A DNA stretch of 41,290 nucleotides from a virus (taxonomy: Duplodnaviria; Caudoviricetes), in IMG/VR virus record IMGVR_UViG_3300017747_002462, positions 1 through 41,290 of that record; one strand, 5' to 3'. The notes under the pieces were generated by a model. It saw nothing but the letters and a program-made list of their open reading frames with translations. It ran no database searches and was not told the origin of the DNA. Within the stretch, counting starts at the first letter, position 1; each line of letters starts with the position of its first letter. This document shows, one piece after another, positions 1 through 7,309 of the stretch. Position numbers and translations under genes: made by a program.

Positions 1-123
1 AAGTCTGCCTTGGCTTGGCGCCTCCACTCGGAGCTGTGCTCCATATCCGCGATGAACCACTTCTTCAGGTTCAGATAGAGAGCATCCGTATCGAGCTTGG
101 ACGGCTCGCCTGTCGGCTCTACG
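1..123. repeat. Terminal direct repeat, copy 1 (circular assembly overlap)
   Basis: 1-123 is identical to 41168-41290; the portal ORF reads continuously across the join. Confidence 0.97.
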
Positions 124-152
124 TCTTCGGCGAGTTGTCCGTCCATGGTCAT
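1..152 (-). CDS. Portal protein, true N-terminus (continues at 41167 across the circular junction)
   Basis: ATG at 152 overlaps the upstream stop (ATGA); reads MTMDGQLAEDVEPTGEPSKLDTDALYLNLKKWFIADMEHSSEWRRQAKAD, in frame with the 661-aa ORF at 39226-41211. Confidence 0.9.
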   Translation of the reverse strand, partial: MTMDGQLAEDVEPTGEPSKLDTDALYLNLKKWFIADMEHSSEWRRQAKAD

Positions 153-394
153 ATTCCCTTGGCGCAGAGACCGGCGCTACGCGCCGCATCCTCGATGGTT
201 TCCCCGGCACGCTGCCGAGCGAGATTGACACCAATACAGTGGGGCTTGGACGCGCCTTCCTTCTGGTAGGTGAACTCAACGATGTTGCCCGTCACTTCGA
301 ACTTCAGAAGCTGTACGCGGGCGCCGCACGAGCCGTGAAAGGCCTCACTAACAATTGTTGCCGTGCGATCCATGCTGGGGTCGTGCGTGGCCAT
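149..394 (-). CDS. Hypothetical protein (81 aa) between terL and portal
   Basis: ORF in late-operon orientation, ATGA-coupled to portal. Confidence 0.65.
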   Translation of the reverse strand: MATHDPSMDRTATIVSEAFHGSCGARVQLLKFEVTGNIVEFTYQKEGASKPHCIGVNLARQRAGETIEDAARSAGLCAKGI

Positions 395-396
395 GG

Positions 397-735
397 TCAG
401 TGACCTTTCTTGCGGCGCGGCTGAATGTCGTTGATGTCGGCCACGGCTGGGTCACGCTTCCCTGCCATAAGCATCTGCGTCGACTCCACTCGACTCGACT
501 CGACCTCACTCGACTCTGGTGCACTCTGCGCGTGTAGGGATTCGATGGCTTCAATCAGCCAGAAGCGGGCTTTCGGATGCAGGAAGTCGTCCAAATACAT
601 TTCGGACTTCGCGCGCTTCTCCCAACGGCTGATGGCCGATTCAATCGCGGCCCTCTTGAATAGTCTGTCTGCCGCATCCGCCACGATCGGCTCCATGCCC
701 TCACGAATGTTCCTAATGTGCTTCGGCTCACTCAT
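397..735 (-). CDS. Hypothetical protein (~112 aa)
   Basis: ORF 397-801; ATG at 735 preceded by GGAGGG is the likely start. Confidence 0.6.
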   Translation of the reverse strand: MSEPKHIRNIREGMEPIVADAADRLFKRAAIESAISRWEKRAKSEMYLDDFLHPKARFWLIEAIESLHAQSAPESSEVESSRVESTQMLMAGKRDPAVADINDIQPRRKKGH

Positions 736-757
736 GCCCAATCCCTCCAACAAGCTG

Positions 758-901
758 TCAAGCTGACCATGCCGATCCTCCACCACGCTTCGCATCAACA
801 AGAGATGCCATCGCTAAAACAACCCCAGCAATCCATATGGACATGACATCCGCATTAACGCTCCCCAACACGTAGCCACCCAAGTAGCCAACGACTACCA
901 A
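758..901 (-). CDS. Small hydrophobic protein (47 aa) ending in the TerL C-terminal heptapeptide GGSAWSA
   Basis: TTG start with GAGGAG RBS right after the terL stop; MVVVGYLGGYVLGSVNADVMSIWIAGVVLAMASLVDAKRGGGSAWSA; below the ORF-track cutoff. Confidence 0.6.
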   Translation of the reverse strand: MVVVGYLGGYVLGSVNADVMSIWIAGVVLAMASLVDAKRGGGSAWSA

Positions 902-912
902 AGTCGTTCTCC

Positions 913-1653
913 TCAAGCCGACCATGCAGAACCTCCTACGTTGCTGCGCTTCTTGTATTCACTCGGAGCCGTGCGGGCTTCCCTGAGCATCATCACGCCG
1001 TAGCGAGTGGCGGACATCAGGTCGTCTCGCAATTTGACGATCTTGCCGTCCTTGCGATGGTAGAGGCGGAATTCCTCAAACCAGTCATTCAGGCCGGCGA
1101 ACACCTTCAGCCGCCCCGTCTCCATGCGCTCGAGCATCTCCATCAGGCCAGCCTCGACACCGTTCCCGCCCTCGGCGTGCTCGGCCTTGTCGTCCAGCAT
1201 TTGCAGGCCGTGGGTCTTGTATTGCTCCTTGAGCTGGTCGCCGCTGCCCTTGTCGTGCTGCAGTCCGTCATGAGGCCAGGCCACAGGTATCCACTTGCCC
1301 CAAGCCGAGATGGCAACCGAGTGAATCGCAGGCACAGCCTCCTTGCGCCGATAGCAGGCGCGGACATACACGCAGTCAGTGTCTCGATCCCATGCAAGAG
1401 CAGCAGCAGCGGTCGGATGATCCCAGCCAAAGTCCATGCCGACGATCTGAGGCCAGTGCTTGGGAATCTGGATGGGCTGGCAGGTGATCAGCGATTCCTC
1501 GACCGGGAAGATCCGCCCCGAGCCCATGGTCGGAATGCCCTTGGCCCTAGCCTCGCGCTCGTGCGGTGGATAGCTCGCAATGATAGATGCGCGCTCAGCC
1601 TCGCTGTAGTGCTCGACGTCATCAATCGTCATGCTGGTGACGGAGCGGGTCAT
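913..1653 (-). CDS. terL: Terminase large subunit, C-terminal part (end of ATPase plus RNase H-like nuclease), P22 gp2-like
   Basis: MTIDDVEHY..YPPHEREARAKGIPTMGSGRIF, GMDFGWDHPTA, WPHDG, DDLMSATRY motifs typical of P22-type TerL. Confidence 0.92.
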   Translation of the reverse strand: MTRSVTSMTIDDVEHYSEAERASIIASYPPHEREARAKGIPTMGSGRIFPVEESLITCQPIQIPKHWPQIVGMDFGWDHPTAAAALAWDRDTDCVYVRACYRRKEAVPAIHSVAISAWGKWIPVAWPHDGLQHDKGSGDQLKEQYKTHGLQMLDDKAEHAEGGNGVEAGLMEMLERMETGRLKVFAGLNDWFEEFRLYHRKDGKIVKLRDDLMSATRYGVMMLREARTAPSEYKKRSNVGGSAWSA

Positions 1654-1895
1654 TTAATCACCTTCAGCTTAGGCTCGTGGTATCCTTGCCCAAGCGCGAC
1701 TCCGCGGTGCATCGGCCTTGTTCTAAACTCGCAGAACACGACTCCATCATTGATGCTGCGTGAAACGGGCACGACGAACTGAAAACCTAGCGTTTCGTCG
1801 ATCTCGTTCTGCATCATGCCGCGCTCAATCTCGTAGCGAAGTTCATGCAGCAGCTTCTCGACTCGTTCGCGCCTGAAATTCGTCTTGTCGTTCAC
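1650..1895 (-). CDS. Hypothetical protein (81 aa) inserted between the two terL halves
   Basis: GTGA overlap with the upstream stop and ATGA overlap with the downstream start. Confidence 0.7.
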   Translation of the reverse strand: MNDKTNFRRERVEKLLHELRYEIERGMMQNEIDETLGFQFVVPVSRSINDGVVFCEFRTRPMHRGVALGQGYHEPKLKVIK

Positions 1896-2599
1896 TGTTG
1901 TTCCCCAAGCAAAAACAGGCTCACAACCTCCGACATACCCATGAGCGGAGTGAATGTCATGATTACGAACTGTCCCAACTGGCCTCTATTGGTTCTCGTC
2001 AAGCCTTCCGTATAGATGTCAAGCGGACTTTCTTCATCGAACCATACCCCATCCAGCGTCGGGCCTTGCCACTTCTCTCGGCCCTTCTCGTAAGACTTGA
2101 AGCTCAGCGTGGATACATTAGAAACATCTCCACCGCCGCCCCATCTTACTGTCACGTTGTCGAGCAGGTTGGGCACGCCCATTGCTCTATCCCAGTCCAC
2201 AAGCGCATCCTTGGGGATCATGCCGGTTCCCCAGGCTTCCTGCTGTGTCGGCGGGCCAACGAGCACGCGCTGCGGGTTATCTCGAGTGCTGTCGCCGGTC
2301 ACGCCGCTCGCCCACATGGTCACGGGCTTCTCAAACACAGCGCCTTCCCACCAATCAGGATAGCGCCCGGTCAGGTGCATCGCCCATTCGGCGCCACCTG
2401 AGAGGGTCTTGCCCAACTGATTTCCGGCCATGAACAGCCTTTCCGAGTGCGTCTTGCCCGCGGTGTGGAACTCGATCTGCTTCTTGTACGGCGTGTAGAA
2501 GTTGAGCCGGTTAGTGTTTCGTCTTCTCGTCGCTTCCCGTTCGAGTTGCTTCAGCAGCAATGACGGACTGCAGGGTAGCGAGAGCGCGAGCGAGGTCAT
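1892..2599 (-). CDS. terL: Terminase large subunit, N-terminal ATPase part, P22 gp2-like
   Basis: YTPYKKQIEFH Q-motif, Walker A MAGNQLGKT, Walker B VWFDEE, coupling motif TFTP. Confidence 0.92.
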   Translation of the reverse strand: MTSLALSLPCSPSLLLKQLEREATRRRNTNRLNFYTPYKKQIEFHTAGKTHSERLFMAGNQLGKTLSGGAEWAMHLTGRYPDWWEGAVFEKPVTMWASGVTGDSTRDNPQRVLVGPPTQQEAWGTGMIPKDALVDWDRAMGVPNLLDNVTVRWGGGGDVSNVSTLSFKSYEKGREKWQGPTLDGVWFDEESPLDIYTEGLTRTNRGQLGQFVIMTFTPLMGMSEVVSLFLLGEQQ

Positions 2600-2870
2600 C
2601 GTCAGAAAGCTCCTCGACCGTGGTTTTAGTGATGTTCAGTTCCTTGGGCAGAATGCCGGCGATCACCTTGAGATAGTCCGCTGGCTTGGTCTCCCTGACT
2701 TCCTGAATCGCGGCCACGCCGTGAGCCTCGAAGTCCTGCTGAAGCGCCGAGATGAAGTCTTCGCCGAGCTTGTTCTTGGAGCCCTTGGGGCGGCCAGCAG
2801 GGTTGCCAGAGACGCCCTTGACGAACGGCTTTCCAACTTGCTCTTTCTTGCCTGTTGTATCAGCGCTCAT
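2511..2870 (-). CDS. terS: Terminase small subunit (DUF5681-like)
   Basis: FVKGVSGNPAGRPKGSKNKL motif; directly upstream of terL. Confidence 0.8.
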   Translation of the reverse strand: MSADTTGKKEQVGKPFVKGVSGNPAGRPKGSKNKLGEDFISALQQDFEAHGVAAIQEVRETKPADYLKVIAGILPKELNITKTTVEELSDDDLARALATLQSVIAAEATRTGSDEKTKH

Positions 2871-3000
2871 TGAGGGTGCGCTCCCACTCTTCATTGAGCT
2901 TGTACATGACACGCATAACGGCAAACCAAGTGAGGAATGACCCCACGGCCACGCCTGCAAGAAATGCCACAGTCACCATGACGTGAGGATCAATCTGCAT
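2860..3000 (-). CDS. Small membrane protein (46 aa)
   Basis: One hydrophobic segment (VMVTVAFLAGVAVGSFLTWFAV); GGAG RBS. Confidence 0.5.
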   Translation of the reverse strand: MQIDPHVMVTVAFLAGVAVGSFLTWFAVMRVMYKLNEEWERTLNER

Positions 3001-3098
3001 TATGTTACTCCGTAGGCGTGACACAGGGTGACACTGGCTCTGACACAGGGTCGAGCACGGGCAATGCTGATGAATTCTTGCCCTTTGATTTCTTTGAT

Positions 3099-3356
3099 TC
3101 ATCCATCGGTGTCAGCCAGTGTCAGACGTTGTTCAATTAGGCGCTGCAACTTGAGCCCTTCGCGATAGTCTAAATAGCCTGTGTCAGTCGGTGTCTGGAG
3201 GGATGGTACAGGGTGGAGAGTGATGTGTGCTGGCGGCTGGTAGGCTGTGTCAGCTATTGCCATCTTGCGTCTGAACCTGCGCTCTCGCTGCTGCTCCAGC
3301 TCCTTGTAGCGGATGCGCTCTGAGCGGTTCATGTCAGCGATGCGCTTCTTGGGCAT
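3099..3356 (-). CDS. Hypothetical basic protein
   Basis: TGATG-coupled to the upstream gene. Confidence 0.5.
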   Translation of the reverse strand: MPKKRIADMNRSERIRYKELEQQRERRFRRKMAIADTAYQPPAHITLHPVPSLQTPTDTGYLDYREGLKLQRLIEQRLTLADTDG

Positions 3357-3685
3357 CAGACTGCAATCGCTAGTATGCTGAGTGTGCAACCTACGGTCGC
3401 CTCAAAAATCACATTGCCCTTGTAGCGAGGGCTATCCTTGTCGGCCGGCTGATTGCGGGCGTTCGTGTTCAGTTCGATAGCCACGGTATAGCCTGGCTCG
3501 ATCTGGACGTGCAGCAGCTTGGTCGTGCCAAGTTCTGTGAGCTTGGGGCTCGTGTTCGTCGGCGCAGCGATGCTGGCCTCTACGATCTCGCGAGCGATGT
3601 ATGGCTGCTTGAGAACCACGAAGCTGTCTGCCGTGTAATTGGCGACGCCGCTGTGGTTATAAATCGAGACCTTCACCGTGGCCAT
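3356..3685 (-). CDS. Hypothetical protein (109 aa, beta-rich)
   Basis: ATG at 3685 with GGGG RBS; first gene of the late-oriented cluster. Confidence 0.65.
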   Translation of the reverse strand: MATVKVSIYNHSGVANYTADSFVVLKQPYIAREIVEASIAAPTNTSPKLTELGTTKLLHVQIEPGYTVAIELNTNARNQPADKDSPRYKGNVIFEATVGCTLSILAIAV

Positions 3686-3864
3686 GAATTCCCCTGTGGA
3701 TAAACGGGGCAGGACCCCAATCCTGCCCCTGTATTCGACGCGAGAGAGTGACTTGTCGGGAAGCAAATACGGACCCGAGGCGGTGCGAATAGTTGCGTTC
3801 TACCACAGATGGTCAGTCCGTGACTTTACGCAGCCACGCAAACCACTGATGCAACTAACATAAT

Positions 3865-4326
3865 TTACTTGATTTTACAAGATTCAGCTATCCAGTGATC
3901 GATAGCCGCATTGATGAAAGCGGTTCGCGTTACCATCGCCGGCAGCATTCTCCGGCACCGATCAATCCGCTCAATGGTCTCGCTGCTGAGATAGAGCGTA
4001 ACGTGGTGCCCGGTTGCCGGCTTGGGCGGCATCCTGTCGAGCCCTAGCTCGAGTCCCTCAGCTATCCTCTCGGCCCGCTCAATGGCTTCCAGTGCCTCAG
4101 CGACCGTGGCCGAGAACCATTCGTCCTTGACGTGCTTTCCCGCCAGCTTGAGCAGCCGATGGGCTGTCCGCTCGATGAGCTCGGCGTTGGCCTTGATCTC
4201 GGTAAGGTGCGCGATGCCAGCGACGCCGCGGATCTCCTTGATCCGCTTTTCCACCCGGGTGGAGTGGCCGACTTTGACCAGGCCATTGTCGCCGTGGAGG
4301 ATGTAGATCTTGGCGTTGGCTCTCAT
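3865..4326 (-). CDS. GIY-YIG (T5orf172/MUG113-like) domain protein with C-terminal ribbon-helix-helix
   Basis: IYILH..LVKVGHS..VEKR..E..AH....EWF pattern; C-terminal VTLYLSSETIERID..TRTAFINAAI RHH pattern. Confidence 0.75.
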   Translation of the reverse strand: MRANAKIYILHGDNGLVKVGHSTRVEKRIKEIRGVAGIAHLTEIKANAELIERTAHRLLKLAGKHVKDEWFSATVAEALEAIERAERIAEGLELGLDRMPPKPATGHHVTLYLSSETIERIDRCRRMLPAMVTRTAFINAAIDHWIAESCKIK

Positions 4327-4502
4327 TTGGACATCTTCAGCACGTTAGAGACACCGGCCGCAGCCTTGCGGGCCTTCACATGCGCCTTCAGCACGACCTC
4401 TATGTAGTTGGTGAGGCTACGCGAATCCTCGTCGGCGAACGCCTGGAGGTCCGCTTTGAGGTCAGGATCTAGCCTGTGGCTAAGGGGAACTGTCTTTGAC
4501 AT
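4323..4502 (-). CDS. Arc/Mnt-like ribbon-helix-helix regulator (59 aa)
   Basis: MSKTVPLSHRLDPDLKADLQAFADEDSRSLTNYIEVVLKAHV; below the ORF-track cutoff; ATGA-coupled to the next gene. Confidence 0.8.
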   Translation of the reverse strand: MSKTVPLSHRLDPDLKADLQAFADEDSRSLTNYIEVVLKAHVKARKAAAGVSNVLKMSK

Positions 4503-4510
4503 GGCACTAA

Positions 4511-4599
4511 TGTAGCGCAGTCTGTGGCAAAGTCTAGCAAAATGATTTCTGTGGATAACAATTGTAGCGCTTGACGGATGCGCTACGATGCGCTACATT
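4511..4599 (+). promoter_or_regulatory. Sigma70-type promoter TTGACG-N17-TACATT overlapped by four TGTAGCGC(A)/TGCGCTAC operator repeats
   Basis: -35 at 4571-4576, -10 at 4594-4599; repeats at 4511, 4563, 4579 and 4589; divergent from the RHH gene. Confidence 0.75.
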
Positions 4600-4648
4600 T
4601 ACTTCATGAGCACCGGGCAGTCCGGTCTCACAATGGGAGAAACGGAAA

Positions 4649-4828
4649 ATGACCTACTCAATCATCATCGAGAACGCAGACCAGACCAAGACGATCAAGC
4701 ATCACATCAGCCTGGACGAAGCGACGGACCTGCACAGGAAAGCGATCGAAGCCAAGGCGAATGGGATCTGGATCGGAGACATCTGGGACGCGGACCACCC
4801 CAGGGAGATCGTGAACTACCGGAGATAA
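4649..4828 (+). CDS. Hypothetical protein (59 aa)
   Basis: GGGAGA RBS; MTYSIIIENADQTKTIKHHISLDEATDLHRKAIEAKANGIWIGDIWDADHPREIVNYRR. Confidence 0.6.
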   Translation: MTYSIIIENADQTKTIKHHISLDEATDLHRKAIEAKANGIWIGDIWDADHPREIVNYRR

Positions 4829-4888
4829 AGGAATGGAGTGGCGGGGGAGACCCCGCCACAACTCTCCAGGCAAAAGGCTAAACGGAAA

Positions 4889-5596
4889 ATGGACGACGAG
4901 GATTTGAAGATGGATAAGGATACGGACGGTAAGCTATTCGCCGCCGCGCTCTATGTCATCACGGACATGTGGGGAAAAGAGATGGGCGACCTACAGCGCG
5001 CATCGCTTGCCAACCAAATCGTTCGCGAGATTGAGCGGCGCGGGATCGTCATGCCGGCTGCAGCAGCCGAGCCACCTAGCAGTGGTGATGGCGTCATATC
5101 TGATTACGTGATGGTGCCGCGCAAGGCATCTGACGAGATGGTCGAGCAAGCGCGCATGACGCTGCCGGGCATAGTCGACATCTGCGACGCTGACATCGAA
5201 GACATTTACGAGACGATGATAGCCGCTGCTCCCCCCTCTCCCCGCTCAGATGAGGGGAGTGGGTTGACACCTCACAGCGCGGCTGTTTCGGCTATCGGCT
5301 CCGCCGATAAAGTGGATTGGCGCCAGCGTTATTTCGAGGCGCGTGACGCTCTCTTTCAGTTCAAGTATCCGCCCGATCCTAAGCTGTTGCGTGAGATCGC
5401 CGACGAGATCGACTGCGGCCGCGATTGCAAACACGGCAATACTGAGTGGGACACCAACGCCTTTGTGTGCTCGCGTTCGGATAGCAAGGAAGGATGCGAC
5501 GGCGAGAAGGCGTCGTGCCTGCGTCAGTTTGCAGATGCCATCGATGTGTGTGCTTCACTACAGCGCGAAGCGCTAGGCGAAACTCCCGTGGAGTGA
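4889..5596 (+). CDS. Mosaic accessory protein of three modules (middle one has a VPR..S.EM...MIAAAP phage Eaa/DUF551-type motif; last one is Cys-rich)
   Basis: ORF 4838-5596, likely ATG at 4889; module boundaries coincide with TGAC-hairpin ends at 5096 and 5265. Confidence 0.7.
   Translation: MDDEDLKMDKDTDGKLFAAALYVITDMWGKEMGDLQRASLANQIVREIERRGIVMPAAAAEPPSSGDGVISDYVMVPRKASDEMVEQARMTLPGIVDICDADIEDIYETMIAAAPPSPRSDEGSGLTPHSAAVSAIGSADKVDWRQRYFEARDALFQFKYPPDPKLLREIADEIDCGRDCKHGNTEWDTNAFVCSRSDSKEGCDGEKASCLRQFADAIDVCASLQREALGETPVE
5050..5096 (-). repeat. Orphan TGAC-hairpin-TCG-hairpin end (E)
   Basis: Read inward: TGAC gccatc aCCAC-tgctag-GTGGc TCG gctgctgcagccg; shares gcagccgag.c.cctagc...tggcgtca with the right end of cassette B. 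Confidence 0.65.
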
Positions 5597-5603
5597 GCCG
5601 TCA
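5265..5603 (+). mobile_element. Putative in-frame cassette C (339 bp) bounded by inverted TGAC-hairpin ends
   Basis: Left TGACacctc-ACAGC-gcg-GCTGT-tTCG-gc-TATCGGC-tcc-GCCGATA; right (inward) TGACggctc-ACTCC-acg-GGAGT-tTCG-cc-TAGCGC-ttc-GCGCTG-tagtgaag. Confidence 0.7.
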
Positions 5604-5743
5604 CATACTCAATACCTCGCCTCCCAGCCGAAAGGCCACGGGAGGCTGAGGGCGTAGAAGGCCCTAAAATAAGCCGGCCCGACGAGGCGTTCGTAGCGCC
5701 AAGCCGGGCCTAGATCGAACCCTATCACGACTAGGAGACGACC

Positions 5744-6793
5744 ATGCAAAGCCGATACTACATCAATTCGCTCGCTTCAACCATCGGCGGTGCTATTGCG
5801 GCTGGTTCTGCAATCGCGCTGTTGACAAGGGACGCCCAGCAGACCGGGTGGACCTACGACCATTCGATGATGATCCCGCTCGTAGGGCTCACCATCCTGT
5901 TTGGGCACGAGTCGCTTCGTGCTCTGAAGGAGTTCAAGATCGTTTCGTGCACCGCGTTCCTTGCGCTCGCAGTGTTCGGATCCTCGATCGTGATCTCCGA
6001 AACCATGGGCCGTCGCGCCGAAAGCCGTGACGCCAAGGTAAGCTCTGCAACTAAGGACGTCGACCAGTACGCTTCCCTGCTGACGAACCTCGACAAGGCG
6101 AACAAGCTCGCAGCCGAGGCCGAAGGCTGGGTTGCCAATGAGTGCAAGACGGGCCTTGGCCCCAAGTGCCGCGGTGTCACCTTCACCCGTGACCAGCGGC
6201 TTGCCTACGCCGAGAAGCTGAGGAAGGACGCCGAGGCCCACAAAGCCCCGGCTCCGGTAGACAGCAAGGCGGATCGCGTTGCAGCCGTGGCGGCCCTTCT
6301 GGGCTTCCGGGCTGATGTGGCAAAGAAGGCGGTTCACACGTTCGAGCCGTTCGTGCTGCCGCTGTTCCTCGAGCTGGGGGCAATCTTCCTGTTCGGGTTC
6401 GGCGTTCAGCATCGGAAAGTGAAGCCCTCGACGCTTGCCGACACCAAGCAAACGTCGTTTGCCTTCGATCCTGAAGCACTACGCTTGCTGAAGGGTGATT
6501 TGCCGGAAAACGACCCGCCCAAAGGCGGCAAGCGTCGGAAAGAAGATCGTTTGCCAGCACGTTTGCCGGCCAATGTAGTCCAGCTCAGGCAGTCAGTTGC
6601 CGGCAAGCATCCGGTCCTGTCGGCTCTTGAAGTTGCTGGCAAGCCAATGACGAATACCGAGCTTGCCGAGGCAATGGGCGTTTGCGGTGGCGAGAGTACA
6701 AAGCGTCGCCGTGAAGTTGCTCACTTGCTGGACGAGGTGACCATCGGCAAGTTCGTGATGGTGTCACTAAAGGCTTGGAAAGCGACGGCCTAG
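5744..6793 (+). CDS. Membrane protein (about four TM segments, coiled region) with C-terminal HTH-like domain
   Basis: AGGAG RBS; hydrophobic helices; C-terminal PMTNTELAEAMGVCGGESTKRRRE. Confidence 0.75.
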   Translation: MQSRYYINSLASTIGGAIAAGSAIALLTRDAQQTGWTYDHSMMIPLVGLTILFGHESLRALKEFKIVSCTAFLALAVFGSSIVISETMGRRAESRDAKVSSATKDVDQYASLLTNLDKANKLAAEAEGWVANECKTGLGPKCRGVTFTRDQRLAYAEKLRKDAEAHKAPAPVDSKADRVAAVAALLGFRADVAKKAVHTFEPFVLPLFLELGAIFLFGFGVQHRKVKPSTLADTKQTSFAFDPEALRLLKGDLPENDPPKGGKRRKEDRLPARLPANVVQLRQSVAGKHPVLSALEVAGKPMTNTELAEAMGVCGGESTKRRREVAHLLDEVTIGKFVMVSLKAWKATA

Positions 6794-6819
6794 TTTTTGG
6801 TGACGCCAACAAAAACCTC

Positions 6820-6851
6820 AACCCTCGGCTCAGGCCGGGGGTTTTTCTTTC
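6820..6851 (+). terminator. Intrinsic terminator between convergent units
   Basis: AACCCTCGGC-tcag-GCCGGGGGTT followed by TTTCTTTC. Confidence 0.75.
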
Positions 6852-6947
6852 TTGATCACGATCGCATCAACTGACACGAGCCAGATCGTCAACAAGACGC
6901 CGGCAATCAGCCCTAGCAAGAACCAGCTCATACCAGCCTCTTTCCCC

Positions 6948-7154
6948 TCACGACCCGGCTTCGATCATGCCAGCAATCACATCTGCTGGCGCTTCTAAAA
7001 TCTCGACTGTGCCGTCTTGATGAATGATGAGAGGCTTTTCCTCGGGGTGAACTGCAATTATCCAGCCGTTGTATTTGGTTATGCGAGTGCCTGCGCGAAG
7101 CTCGCAGATGACCCTAGAGCCGTCACGCTTTGGCCAATGCTGCTCATCTGTCAT
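6948..7154 (-). CDS. Hypothetical protein (68 aa)
   Basis: ATGA-coupled chain of small genes. Confidence 0.6.
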   Translation of the reverse strand: MTDEQHWPKRDGSRVICELRAGTRITKYNGWIIAVHPEEKPLIIHQDGTVEILEAPADVIAGMIEAGS

Positions 7155-7309
7155 ACCAGCCTCTTGCCTATCACGACTTTCTGGACCTTACGGGCTGCCT
7201 TCCTCTGGGCTATGGAAGTTCTAAACGTGATCTTCCTCACAAGCGTAGGCTTACCGTCTATTATCTTGACGGTGTAGCCCTTGGTCTTGGGGCGGTGGCC
7301 GGTGGTCAT
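7151..7309 (-). CDS. Small basic protein (52 aa)
   Basis: MTTGHRPKTKGYTVKIIDGKPTLVRKITFRTSIAQRKAARKVQKVVIGKRLV; ATGA overlaps on both sides. Confidence 0.6.
   Translation of the reverse strand: MTTGHRPKTKGYTVKIIDGKPTLVRKITFRTSIAQRKAARKVQKVVIGKRLV

Noticed and set aside
480-517. CGACT/CTCGA short repeats
   Set aside because: Low-complexity coding for ESSEVESSRVES; no larger structure
740-760. TGACAGCTT on the minus strand resembling a cassette end
   Set aside because: No following hairpin, no TCG and no partner end
1650-1895. Group I intron or intein in terL
   Set aside because: The interval is fully occupied by an ORF coupled at both ends, with no room for a ribozyme core and no homing-endonuclease or intein motifs seen; RT-PCR would be needed for formal exclusion
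4650-4680. ATGAC at the start of the 59-aa ORF as the missing left partner of end E
   Set aside because: The distance is a multiple of 3, but the diagnostic stem and second hairpin are absent
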